DNA of 64,000 nt from NCBI GenBank assembly GCA_951406725.2, contig OX597827.1, positions 37,820,001-37,884,000 of the forward strand. The letters run 5' to 3'. A model generated the notes under the pieces. The model was not told where the DNA came from. It ran no database searches and saw only the letters and a list, made by a program, of their open reading frames with translations. This document shows positions 11,586 to 23,683 of this stretch, piece by piece (the first letter of the stretch is position 1; each line of letters starts with the position of its first letter). Source of the stretch: Octopus vulgaris (Eukaryota). The position numbers were made by a program, and so were the translations under genes.

Positions 11586-13090
11586 CAGGGTGTAACGGGT
11601 AAATTGGGGCCATTTAAATATTTTTAATATAACAGGTATAACTCAGAAAAATCAAATACATCAAGTTTTATGTTTATGCCAATTTATTGTGGAGAGTTTT
11701 GCACTTATTTCAGTTTAATGTGACCATCATTTGCTTTCTTTACCAGTTCAATCCATTTACGAAATGATGCACATGCCTTAACTATTTCTTCGTTTTTCAT
11801 TGTACTGAATTCTCGCTTGAGCGAAGCCTTCAATGAAGACACAGTTGTGAGAAGTTGCATTGGATATTGCTTCAGCTGTGCCCCATAGCCAAAACTCACA
11901 TGGATTCAAATCTGGCGAGCTAGAGGGCCAGATATGTTTAGGGACAAACATAGGCAATTCCTCCATCAAAAGTTCTTGCACACTTTTCAGAGAATGGGCT
12001 GGTGCAGAGTCCTGTACAAACATGACTTGACTTGCATCATAATGCTTCCTAATCCAAGACAACAAAACTTCTAAGATTTTGAGATACTCTGCTGTGTTGT
12101 TTTTAAGAACTGCTTCAATAAAATGAGCAGGCATCAATTTCCCATCACTTGCAGTAGCTCCAAAGACCATAATGGAAACTGGATTCTTGCTATATGCATA
12201 ACTGAAAGAACTTGGGAAGGATTGTACACTATCACTCGTGAGTTTTGACTGTTTGCAATTTCGTCTATCATAAACTTCTTTTCATCCATGACGTTGCAGA
12301 CATTTCCACCATGATGTTTCAGATGACTAAGAAGTTTGAGACTTCTTTCAGCTAGAATGGTTTTGGAGTGGGTAGTTAATATGTTACAGTGTCTCCTCAT
12401 GTACAATTTCATATGAAGGTCTTGTCTCACAGTCCTAGAAATGGTCATCTTACTGATTCTTCGATCTTGAGCCAACTTCGCCGTCGATTTTGATGGGTTT
12501 GACTCAATCGATCTTTCAAACCCTGTTAACCCTTTAGCATTCAAACTGGCCATATCAGGCCCAAATATTCTACCTGTGTTGTGTTGAAACTGACCAGATC
12601 GGGCCTCTCACAACTACTATACAATATAATTCTAAAATAAAATAAATGCATCATTGAAATCGCAAAGCTACAAGATGATGCATAATTAACTGAAAACAAA
12701 GTGAATAAATGGGCCTTAAATTTAACAGAATAATCTAAATGCTAAAGAGTTAAGGAGCGAGGTGTGCGTTTTCAGTCACTACGAGGACTGTCAGGCCCTC
12801 TCTGAACATCCTGACTTTTCTTCAAATTGGCTGCAACTCTAAAAACAAGATTTGGCATGCTTTGTGGCTCTAACAATCACCCCAGCACTTTTGCCGGCAC
12901 AGAATAATTTTGAAATTACACTTCTGCAGTTTAATTCTTTATTAACATTCATAGTTTGTTCAATCTGAAATACGAAATAGTACAAGTGATCATTCAAGCT
13001 GGTAATATTTAAAATTAATACTCCAACAAAATCTGTACAATTAGAAATATACCCATTTGAAATTTGACCCAGTTTACCTGTTACACCCTG
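11586..13090 (-). mobile_element. Full-length maT-like Tc1/mariner transposon (37-aa catalytic spacing), decayed
   Basis: TIRs CAGGGTGTAACGGGTAAATTGGG (11586) and the reverse-complement match ending at 13090, followed by TA. Transposase pieces MDEKKF, VQDSAPAH and WPSSSPDLNPCEF. Confidence 0.9.
12530..12749. mobile_element. piggyBac-type MITE with TTAA duplication, nested in the maT element
   Basis: TTAA|CCCTTTAGCATT...AATGCTAAAGAG|TTAA. Removing it restores the transposase frame (RTPRSLTGFERSI). Confidence 0.85.
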
Positions 13091-13598
13091 TATATCATTC
13101 AATTGCATAATATTCTTAACGGAGCTTTATGTCGCAGTCGGCGTCTTCCAAGAAGTCTCACTAATTCAATTTTAATCGGAATCAAATTTAGTTTTTTTTT
13201 AAATTATGCTTGACTAGTTATAAGCTACATTTAGACAGAAAATACTTAAAATCTGGGCCCGACATCGACACTTTGAATCCACACCATTCTTTTAATTTTG
13301 ATTAAGAATTATTATACTGATATTAATATGAAAGAGAAATATTAAAGGAATATATTGGTAAAGGTTTCGTAAAATTTTATCCATTAGAAAAAAGATATTT
13401 AATTTTAATTCTCAAATTTTTATCAATTTTCGCGTGATATTAAAGGGACACTACTCAGATATAACTACAGATTTCTACCCCCTCCGAATTTGGATGATCA
13501 TAAAAATGGATATTTTTTAATGAAATTTTCTACGAATATGTGTTATATTATGTAGATTCCGAATATACAAAATTGAGTGGGGAGTGTTTTAGGAGGGG

Positions 13599-14390
13599 TG
13601 TGGTGGGGAATTACGAAAAATTCACCAGAGTCCACTTCAATTCGTCTTAACTTTCAAGAAAATTGATATTTTCTGATGAAATTCTCTATAAATATACCGA
13701 GGAATAGGAATTGGGGGGGGGGCTTAATTTTGAGAACTATTCCCCATAAGGGGGTGTTTCGAAACACGTCGCCCGTATTCTTTTCTTTTTCTCCGTTTTG
13801 AACGTTTGTGCACCGTAGATTTCTACTGACGCAACAAACAAGCAAAGAAACCCTCACTAGAAAACTAAAAATAACAGCTAAAGGTCTGGTACACAGAAAT
13901 ATATTAAGACGATTTATCTGTTGCATACGATTTTTTTTCACTTCAAGTAAATTCCCGGGTAAACGTTTCTAATAGAAAGGCAGAAGACACCAGAAGCAAA
14001 AATAAGGAATATACATGCACAGTTAAATATATAAGTGTAAAGTATAATTTGTTACATAATTTCTATAATAAACATGATACTCAATGGAATAATTCCTCGT
14101 TTGAACTTGTTTAATTACATGTGTGTGTGTGAATGATAGAAATCGATGGATGCACAAAACGGAGAAAATGTAACAAATATGGACGACTTGTTGTGAAATA
14201 CCCCTTTGTGAGGAACAGTTCTCAAAAATAACCCCCATTTGTTTTCCTCTCCAAAACTCCTGTGTCCTCGGAATCTACATAGTCCGAGGTATATTTGTAG
14301 AGAATTTCATTACAAAAATATCCATTTTCTTGAAAGTTAAGACGAATTGAAGTGAACTCCGGTGGATTTTCCGAAATTCCTCACCCCACA
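13599..14390. mobile_element. Foldback/MITE-like element with ~200-240 bp imperfect inverted arms
   Basis: 13599-13800 is the reverse complement of ~14155-14390 (for example CACTTCAATTCGTCTTAACTTTCAAGAAAAT, TTTTGAGAACT, TTTTCTCCGTTTTG). Confidence 0.8.
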
Positions 14391-15139
14391 TATTTCTGGA
14401 GAAGAAGAATTAGGTAAAGCAGTTAAGGTGGGGTTAGGGATCAGACAGAGGAAAGACAGAATGGGTAGTGAGAGGAGGAGGTAGAGATGAACTTGAGTGT
14501 AGGTGATATGCAACTTGCTAGTCCTGAAGGACAGTGGCTATTGTAGTAGATGTAGAAGAGGCAGAGTGATGAAATAGGTTGTGTGTGAGTTAGAGGTTCA
14601 TGAGTGAGTTTTTGCTAATCAATCAGATGGATTGTACCTTTGTTAGCAATCAGTAGCAATGGAGCGAGTGACAAGCACAATAGGGAGCTTGCAACATTTT
14701 GTTGTTGTCTTTCATATTCTAACCTCAAACCCCAGAATGACTCCAGGTAACCATAGAGCATGTCCTTGGATTTTTTCAACCAATTATATTAACATTTGCT
14801 TCAAACATTCAGAATCATGAGGGCAGAATTTCTCTGGGTTTCTGAGACATTTAAATAACTGAAAGTACAAAACAACTCCCTGAATATAGTGCTGGTACAT
14901 TGCAGTGTTATCCACCAATTGTTGTTGCTTCTTCTCATTCTTAGCCGAATGGACAGGAACAAAGTAAAATGAAAGGCCTTGTTCAAGGACACAGTATGCT
15001 ACCCAGTCCAAGAATTAAACCCATAAGCTAACAATCTTGAGCCCAACACCCCTAACCATTATACCATATGTTTTCAGACACCACCTTCACTTTTCTCTTA
15101 TATTTTCTAATGCCTTGTTGTTGTTTTCATGTCTTTCAG

Positions 15140-15246
15140 GGAATATATTGAACATCACCTTTTGGATTTCACTCGTGAAAACCCTGGTATTGTGGTTTAC
15201 TTAAAGCCAAGAAGACACAGAACTGCTAGACTCCAAGCAGAATATT
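15140..15246 (+). CDS. MRPL43: MRPL43 coding exon 2
   Basis: TTTCAG acceptor; [35 protein letters not shown]; GTAAG donor at 15247; phases match both neighbouring exons. Confidence 0.93.
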
Positions 15247-15849
15247 GTAAGGAAACTCTTAAAAAATTTTGATAAACAGCAAACAAATGGTACTATCTTC
15301 TACACACTGTAATCACAGAAAAACACAACTTAACAAAATTGAATAAGATTAGAATGTATGAGATAATATAGACCTACATAACCCAAACAAGACAGGATGG
15401 TTATGGCTGGAATGCATTTGATTATAGACTCAATCAGGGCTCACCTAAGGCTAGACAACAATCTTAAATGTCCTCTGTGATAAGCTAGTAAGGGAATATT
15501 GTCACTCAACTCCTAGAAGTAGCATCAAATCCCCTCAAATCATACCTCACTGTCATAAAAAACAGGGACACTTTTGTTAGTGTAACCCTAAATAGATGCC
15601 CCTCACACTTTTAAATGAAAAATACTACACAGATGAATCTGATATCTTACCTTAGCTATATAGCTACAGAATGCACATTATTGTCAGTCTTTTTCACTGT
15701 CAACTTACTATTACTGCTCACAATGAAATTTCAGTTTTGTCTTCTTTACTTGCTGAGTCTAAAGGACAGTACAGTACATACAACCTTTGTAAGACCTGAG
15801 ATTCATATTGTTAATGTTCCAATTAAACTGTTGCAAGTCAGCATCTATC

Positions 15850-16590
15850 AGAAAGACATGACCAGAGAGGAGATTCCGGAAGGATGATATACTAGGGAGG
15901 AAGGACTGAATAACAACTGGCACCCGGCAGTTGCCAGGGCCACTGGACTGACTCCTGTGCAGGTGGCAAGTAAAGAAATACCGTTTCGACCCTGTGCTTG
16001 AGGAGATCTATGAGTCAAGTACACCAACATCAAAAATCATTAGAAACTGCAATTGTGATCCCTGTGCTGGTGGCACGTAAAAAGCACCATCTGAACGTGG
16101 CCGATGCCAGCGCCGCCTAGACTGGCTTCCGTGCCAGTGGGACATAAAAAGCACCATCCAAACGTAGCCAATGCCAGCGCCGCCTAGACTGGCTTCCGTG
16201 CCGGTGGCACGTAAAAAGCACCATCCGAACATGGCCGATGCCAGCGCTGCCTAGACTGGCTTCCGTGCCGGTGGCACGTAAAAAGCACCATCCGAACGTG
16301 GCCAATGCCAGCGCCGCCCTGACTGGCTTCCGTGCCAGTGGCACGTAAAAAGCACCAATTTGATCGTGGCCGTTGCCAGCCTCGCCTAGCACCTGTGCCA
16401 GTGGCACGTAAAAAGCACCCACTACACTCACGGAGTGGTTGGCGTTAGGAAGAGCATCCAGCTGTAGAAACACTGCCAGATCAGACTGGAGCCTGGTGCA
16501 GCCTTCTGGCTTCCCAGATCCCCGGTCGAACCGTCCAACCCATGCTAGCATGGAGAGCAGACGTTAAACAATGATGATGATGATGATGAT
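15850..16590 (+). mobile_element. RTE LINE 3' UTR with an expanded internal tandem array
   Basis: Same tail family as 11567 and 38535, with a (GAT)n end. Confidence 0.8.
16071..16420 (+). repeat. 67-bp tandem array (4 units, one 63-bp variant and a partial unit)
   Basis: TGGCACGTAAAAAGCACC-type motif starts at 16071, 16138, 16205, 16272, 16339 and 16402. Confidence 0.92.
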
Positions 16591-17454
16591 GAGAGTAATA
16601 ATGATTTCAAATTTTGGTTCAAGGGCAGCAATTTTAAGGGAAGGGGTTATTAAATTACACCGGCTCCAATACTTGACTAGTACTTTATTTTACTGACCCT
16701 GAACGGATAAAAGGCTAAGTTGACCATAGAAGAATTTGAACTCAGAACATAAGGCCACAAGAAATGCTGCTAAGTGTTTTGTTTAACACTAATGATTCTA
16801 ATAAGAACGATAATCTTTTGTTACTAAGTTGCAAATTTTTAGGAGACTGTCATATGATTGAATTGACACATACATAAGTGGAGTTTAATATTTATGGACT
16901 GCTAAAAAATGAAAGGCAAAACACCATAGAGAACGCAAAACTAAACGCTTAATTGTATTTAAAGTACTTAAGAAAAGGGTGTCAAGAAATAGAGGCAGGA
17001 AAGTTATGATGATATATGTGTGAATATGTAATCTTTTGAACAAGTATCAAACAGAGTTATCCCACTTACTACAGATATCTGACTAACAAACTAAATTCTA
17101 GAGAGATGGTAAAAAGTAGTTTGTCTATAAAAATATGAAGACCTTTTAGTTTGAAATCTTGACTGAGTTGGCTCCTTAAACAAACAACTGATGGTTACCC
17201 TAAAAGCAAAATCCTTTCAGTTGTGCCGAACCAACAGGAAAATTTATCAATATAATTTGTTGTGTCTCCATCTCTGAGTTTCTCCATTCTTCTAAGGGTA
17301 ATAACTTTGATCATATTGATTGCAGCTTACTGTGTTGTCTGTCATATGACAGATAATGTTGAAATATACTTTCACCACTGTTGATGCTAACATCCATCAT
17401 TAATTGATTGTTAAACAGTATTACTGGAATCGATATTCATTGCATATATAGAAT

Positions 17455-17730
17455 AGGTGCAGACATGGCTGTGTGGTAAGACGTGTGCTTTGCAACCAGA
17501 TCATTTCAGATTCAGTCCCAGTGTGACACCTTGGGCAAAAATCTTCTATAACCCCTGGTCAACCAAAGCCTTGTGAGTGAATTTTGTAGACAGAAACAGA
17601 AAGAAGTCCATCATAGATGTGTGTGTGTTACTGCCACCTTGCCTTGACATCACATGATATCCACCTTTACAAATTCCATCCAGCTCATGCAAGTATGGAA
17701 AAGTGGATATTAAAACAATGATGATGATAA
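17455..17730 (+). mobile_element. tRNA-derived SINE, decayed
   Basis: GCAGACATGGCTGTGTGGTAAG head and CCAAAGCCTTGTGAGTG body. Confidence 0.7.
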
Positions 17731-19819
17731 ACAAATGAGAAATTTTGTTTTATCTAATTTTACTTTAATTTAATAAGTATTTTTATTTTAAAAACTAGTA
17801 TTCTTTTTATTATTTTATATGAGTAAGGCTGCAAGCTAGCAGAATGCAGACCAAGCAAAATGCTTAACAGCATTTCATCCATTTTTACTTTCTGAGTTCA
17901 AATTCCACCAAGGCCGATAAATTAAGTACCAGTGAAACACTGGGGTCGATGTATTCGACTAGTCCTCTCCCCAAAAATTTCAGGCCTTGTGCCTTTAGTA
18001 GAAAGGATTATTTTATATGAGCACCATGAAAATTGAATTAACTAATATTATTACTGTATCTGAGTAACATTACCTTGATGTTTCCAATATTACTTGTCAT
18101 ATGACATAACATTTATCATCATCGGTTTTTATTTCTGTTTTTCCATGCCAGCATGGGTTACACCAATTTCTATTAGGGCAGTTTTTCTATTACCAGGTGA
18201 TCTTCCTGTTACCAATCCTTCCTTGTTTTTCCAGTAAGGTATTTGATCTCCCACATGGGGCCACTACATTTTTAAACTTTTATTTTCTGGAAAATGCAAA
18301 CACCAATGCTTTTGTTCAGATAGTATTAGCAATATTTCAATATTCACACACACAAACACATGATGGGCTTCCATGCAGTTTCCATCTGCCAGTTTTCTCT
18401 CAAGTCCAAAGTGCCATACAATAGAATGAAACCCAAAATCTCATGGTCATACCTGTACCTCTTTTTTTATATCAAATCCTAGTAATCTTAAGGCCTATAC
18501 CTGGTTTCCAAGATCCTAACATTCCCCCTTAACAAGACACTGATTCATTACAAGGTTCAAGGCCTGTAATTTTGAGAGGACGGGTAAGTCAATTACATCA
18601 ACCACAGTACTTCATCCAAAGGGATGAAGGGCAAAGTTAACCTGAAAGGGGTTTGAAATCAAAACATAAAGTGCCAGAAGAAATTCCAATAAGCATTTTG
18701 TCGCACATGTTAATGATTCAGCCAGCTCACTGCCCTTCTACTTCTTATACTTTAGTAGAAAACAAATGACTCTCCAATTATATGTAATGGCTGTAACTGA
18801 ACATTGAAACCTTGTAGAAGAAAACTGCAATTCAGTATGTGTCGGGACATAAATTTTAGCTCCAAGCAAAGTGGTAAAATGCTGTTATAGCAGTTGTTGA
18901 CTTAGCTTCAGATCAGCCCTAATCAAGGAAACATCATCAAAGACATTCCAGCCATGTCACTTCCACCCCCACCCCTAATCAATCCATACCAGGGATACAT
19001 TATTCAACATGTATTTCCTTTTTTTAAGACAGTCAGATGAAATTTTTGATTCACCTGCTATTTCTAGCACAAGGAAAACAATACTTGATGCATGCAAAGG
19101 ATAAATATATTTTCTGTTTCATTAAAGTAATCACTACATCAAATGTAAATCCATATTAATTAAGAGTTAGAAGAAAGTAGAAGAAAGACTAAAACAATGG
19201 ATATGGTAAGATTTGAGGGAAAATTATCTACTATTTCTCGCACATTGAGCAACCATATAGAGGTTTCCAATATATATTCTAAAATTAGTTTCAAGTTCAG
19301 CCTTATTGCATGACAACCCAGGCTGAACAAAACCTTGTGAGTAGATTTGATAGAGTGAATCTGAAAGAAACCTGTCATATGCATGTTTATATCTTGTTAA
19401 CAATGTCACCATCACACTGACAGTGTTCTTCATTTGCAATATTCTGTAAAAAAGTTGTCCACCCATGGGAAAATATTATCTTTCTTGGAAACATTTATAG
19501 CTTGGAGACAAGAAGGGTATCCAACCATAGAAAATTTGGCTCAACAAATTCTGTCTGACACATGCAAGCATGGGAAAGTGGATACATGTGTAAATATATA
19601 AACATACATACATGCATGCATGCATGAATGACAAACAGACAGACAGACAGGCTTCCTACAGTTTACATCTACCAATTCCTCTCAGCATTAGTCAGTTCGG
19701 GACTATTGTAGAAAACATTTGCTCCCCAAAATGCCACACAGTGGAGCCAAATCCAAAACCACATGGTTACAATGTAAACTTCATAACCATACATTCTTGC
19801 CTCTCCCTCTCTATTTCTT

Positions 19820-20060
19820 ATCATCATCATCATTTAACATCCGTTGTCCATGCTGGCATGAATAGGACAGTAAGCTGAGGGGCTGCACCTGCCTCCAGTC
19901 TGATTTGGTATGGTTTCTGCAGCTGGATGCCCTTCCTAATGCCAACCACTCCCAGAGTGTAATGGGTTCTTTTACATGACACCAACACATGACTATGATT
20001 TCACTTGACTTGATGGGTCTTCTTCTCAAGCACGGTATATTGCTAAAGGTCTTGGTCATT
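19820..20060 (-). mobile_element. RTE 3' tail, inverted
   Basis: (CAT)n-TTAACATCC...GCTGGATGCCCTTCCTAATGCCAACCACTC is the reverse complement of the tail family. Confidence 0.75.
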
Positions 20061-20233
20061 TGTCATTACTCTCTTTGTTTCTCTTTCGCTTCATTCACAC
20101 ACACACATGCACACTAGCCTTTAAAAACATATACCAAAACAAAGTAACATTATAAGTTTATAGTCTTAATATTATAATACATATATATATATATATATAT
20201 ATAATTTTCTCTCTTTCTCTGTCTTTCTGCCAG

Positions 20234-20532
20234 TAAATGGATACTTTGAATCATTCAACACCCATAACAAAGACAAAGATGAAATCAGTAAATGGATGGA
20301 ATTAATGAGGACAAGATCTGGTGTTCAGATAAAACGTATTCGTAAACCATGGCACACAGAAAATCCCAGCATTCAAGGTGTATGGCATTCATTCGCCAAT
20401 AAAAGCCCTTCTCTTAATGTTACTGAATTTCCAGATAAAGAACTTGGAAAGTGTTTCAAATCAAAAATGTCTGCAACAGATTATTTATTGTCTCTGAAGG
20501 AGGAAATTTCAAAGGAGAAAACTTCACAATAG
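20234..20532 (+). CDS. MRPL43: MRPL43 coding exon 3 (terminal)
   Basis: Pyrimidine tract plus CAG acceptor; LNGYFES...RTRSGVQIKRIRKPWHTENPSIQGVWHSFANK matches the mL43 motif RKPxHTxNPSIQGxW; TAG at 20530-20532. Confidence 0.95.
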
Positions 20533-20546
20533 AACTTTATTCATTT

Positions 20547-20552
20547 AATAAA
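20547..20552 (+). promoter_or_regulatory. Candidate MRPL43 polyadenylation signal
   Basis: AATAAA 14 nt after the stop codon, followed by a T/GT-rich tract at 20595-20640. Confidence 0.6.
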
Positions 20553-21354
20553 ATCCAATCATTATTTTGTAAGCATAAAATTTGATATTCAATAGTTTTT
20601 TTTTTTTGTTTTTTGTTCTTCTTGTTTTTTCTTGTTTTGTCTCATGTCTGTCCTGTCAGAGTAGACCCATGACCAAAGATATTCTTGCTCTGGCCATTCC
20701 ATCTTTAAGACTATGCAAGACTACAATAGAGTGCAAACTGAGGGAAATTTGACTGCTATTTATAGTAGGTTAAACAACCATTTGAGACTCCCTTGAGTTG
20801 TTATGATGTGATTATCTTGAGTTTAGTCTTCTTTTGGTCATTAGGAGTGTTTCAATAGTCTCTGCTCATGTGTTCCATTTGAGTGATTAATTAATGTTAG
20901 ATCTTTCTAACTATAAAATCACTGCCAGTCAAAGAGTCACTGGTTCAGATCTATTTACTGACACTTCTCCATGTTTTAGTCAAACACACTGAATTCTACA
21001 TAGCCTTGACCACTGGGCTCTAAATAGTCTTGGAAACAGTTTTTAAGTTATTCAATAAGACAAATATTCAAAACTTGCTGTGAGGCTACCCTGACAGTTA
21101 CTGAACTCAAAACAGTATGGTTGGAGACTTAATAATATATAGAGCACATTAATGGGAATTTTCGTTTCATCATTGGCACATACAGAGTGTGATATTACTT
21201 TCATCGTTTCAACATCATCTATGTAGCTAGCAGAATAAGGATTTAGATACAACATCATGAAAAAGCTATTTGACTGACCTCTCTCATTGCTTTAACAAAT
21301 GACAGTTCAGTAAGACACAGCTGCATAGTGTTCGTAGTTCAATGTTTCCACTGC

Positions 21355-21775
21355 ACTGTGTAGTTAAAAAGCTTGCTTCCAACTATGTGGTTATGGATTC
21401 ATTATCACTGTGTGGCACTTTGGGTAAGTGTCTTCTACCATAACCCTAGATTGATCAAAGCCTAGTGAGAAGACAGGATTGAGGGAAATTGAAAGAAGCC
21501 CATCTTATACACGTGTGTGTGTATACAACTTGTCTTGATATCATGTGATGGTTGTAAATGAGCATCACCATACTACAAGTAAGGGTGTTCATTTCCAATC
21601 TTCCAATGCTGGTATGTTTATGTCCCCATAACTTAGTGGTTCAGCAAAAGAAACTGAGAGAATAAGTATCAGAATTAAAAAGAAATAAACACTGGGGTCG
21701 AGACATTCAACTAAAAATTCTTCAAGGCAGTGCCCCAGCATGTCTGTAGTTTAATGACTGAAACAAGATAAAAGA
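21355..21775 (+). mobile_element. tRNA-derived SINE, decayed
   Basis: Head, body and tail are homologous to 6442-6848. Confidence 0.7.
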
Positions 21776-21879
21776 AATATGTATGTGTGTGTGTGTATAT
21801 ATATATACACACACACGTGTACTATAAGGCCATTTAGCACTTTAGCAGTTCATCTAAGATAAAGTAACTCCATGCAAAT

Positions 21880-22700
21880 TCCAGGCACTTTTTGCACTAG
21901 ACCAATAAGACTACATCTCAAAAACTGGCCTTTCTTTTCAAAGTCAAAAAATACTTCAAACCCAACAGTGACTACCTCACTACAAAACTCCTGTAAGATT
22001 CACCATGGGATACTGCTACCCCATCTGGAGTATTGCTGATGCTATACACCCAGACATTCTGAACAGCATCCAGAGAAAAACCACTCAACTGGCACAAAGT
22101 TGCTCACCAACACACATGAATATTTGGTCCCACTGACCCGGTGCTGACTTTCTCCACCTCTTCTCCTACTCAACAGTGACCTCTGCTGGTTGATTCAATA
22201 CTATTGCTCCTCCTTTGTTTCTCTTTCTTTCATCACCATATTAGTGAAGGCACATGGCTCAGTGATTAGAGCGTCGATCTTACGATTGTGAGTTCAAATC
22301 TTGGACCGGGCTACGTGTTGTGTTCTTGAACAAGACACTTTATTTCACGCTGCTCCAGTTCACCCAGCTGTAGAAATGAGTTGCGACATCACAGGTGCCA
22401 AGCTGTATCGGCTCTTGCCTTTCCCTTGGATAACACTGGTGACGTGGAGAGGGGAGGCCGGTATGTATGGGCGACTGCTGGTCTTCCATAAAAACAACCT
22501 TGCCCAGACTTGTGCCTCAGAGGGTAACTCTAGGTGCAAGCCCATGGTCAGTGTCTGACCGAAGACGGTCACACATCACCATATTGTATCCAACTACTGT
22601 ACCCAGTTCTATCTCCTAGAACTTCTCTAGAATACCTCCCCTGCATATGCTTTATTTTATTTTTTTCCCCTCAATCTGCAAGTTTAAACAGGACATTAAA
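21880..22700 (+). mobile_element. Old CR1/Jockey-group LINE RT C-terminal remnant, interrupted by a SINE
   Basis: YKTPVRFTMGYCY resembles the LYK..VRP.MEYC motif. A similar remnant lies at 58840-59230. Confidence 0.45.
22243..22573 (+). mobile_element. tRNA-derived SINE with a 12-bp target-site duplication
   Basis: A/B-box head GTGAAGGCACATGGCTCAGTG...GAGTTCAAATC. CATCACCATATT flanks both sides (22231-22242 and 22574-22585). Confidence 0.88.
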
Positions 22701-23526
22701 GCATTAATTTCCCTTCATGTAGGCTCTGCTAACAAAAAAACTGTGATGTTTTTTTTCCATTAATTTTTTTTTTAATCCGCAATTTTTATAAGAATATTTC
22801 AATAATTGTAGAATGTCTTTCAAAAACAGTCCACCCTTCTTGCTTAGAAAGCATGTATTCTGGAATAAAATATAACTACTTTTTGGGACCTGAGAAAGGA
22901 AATTAGTGCTGAGTGAATCCAAAGCTCAGTCTTTGATGACCTGACAGCAAAACAATATTTATATATTCAATTTTTTTCCCATAATTTTGATTTCTCCTTA
23001 CACCTTAATATACACTCAAGATAGAATTTAATAATAACTAACAAAAAAACTTATTTGTTGAATTCATTTAAAATAGAAATAATTTTCTACAAGAAAAGAA
23101 ACTCATGCCAATACATATATAACACCTTCACATGTGAGTCAGTTTCTCTGTTTAATGATCTGAAATATCAGGGTATGCAGAACATTAACAATATTCCTCT
23201 CACAAAGGTCGCAGTTTTTTGTTTTTTGTTTTTGAAAGCAGTTGTAAGGCATACTGGGCATATGCATATCTTTCCTTGAGGAAAATAATTGAAAGTTATT
23301 TTTATAGATAAATTGAGTATTTTGAGTTTGTTTTAAAATAATATGAATCATTAAAAATCGGGAACGTAAAGTCAACATTTAATAAACATAAGGAATTACA
23401 TGTAACGTATATTATTTAAAATAGTTAATGTTTTCTGTCTGAGAAAATGTTGCAGTAATATTGTCTATATAAATCGAATCTAAAGAGTGTATGAAGATCT
23501 GATACGAAACTATGAATCAGTCTACA

Positions 23527-23683
23527 ACTTCCGGTTCAGGTTTTTCGTCTCTGCCATATAAAAAGCTGACGTTCTTCTGTAATTTCGTTAGTCAGGGGTA
23601 GAAGATAACATAAAACAGGCAGCGAAATTATTGTTCGCTACCTGAGTGTGAGTCAGTGTCTATAGGAACTCTCCTCCTAACAG
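23527..23683 (+). promoter_or_regulatory. ELOC: Probable ELOC promoter and non-coding first exon
   Basis: ETS-like ACTTCCGG at 23527, TATAAAAAA at 23557 and a CAG|GTAAGA donor at 23684, at the start of a CpG-richer stretch. ELOC coding exon 1 starts with an acceptor, so an upstream exon is required. Confidence 0.55.

Noticed and set aside
16071-16420. CRISPR-like periodic array
   Set aside because: The inter-repeat segments are near-identical rather than unique spacers, there are no cas genes, and the array sits inside a eukaryotic RTE 3' UTR.
16008-16551. 144-aa and 74-aa minus-strand ORFs with repeated peptides
   Set aside because: They are translations of the tandem repeat and the RTE tail.
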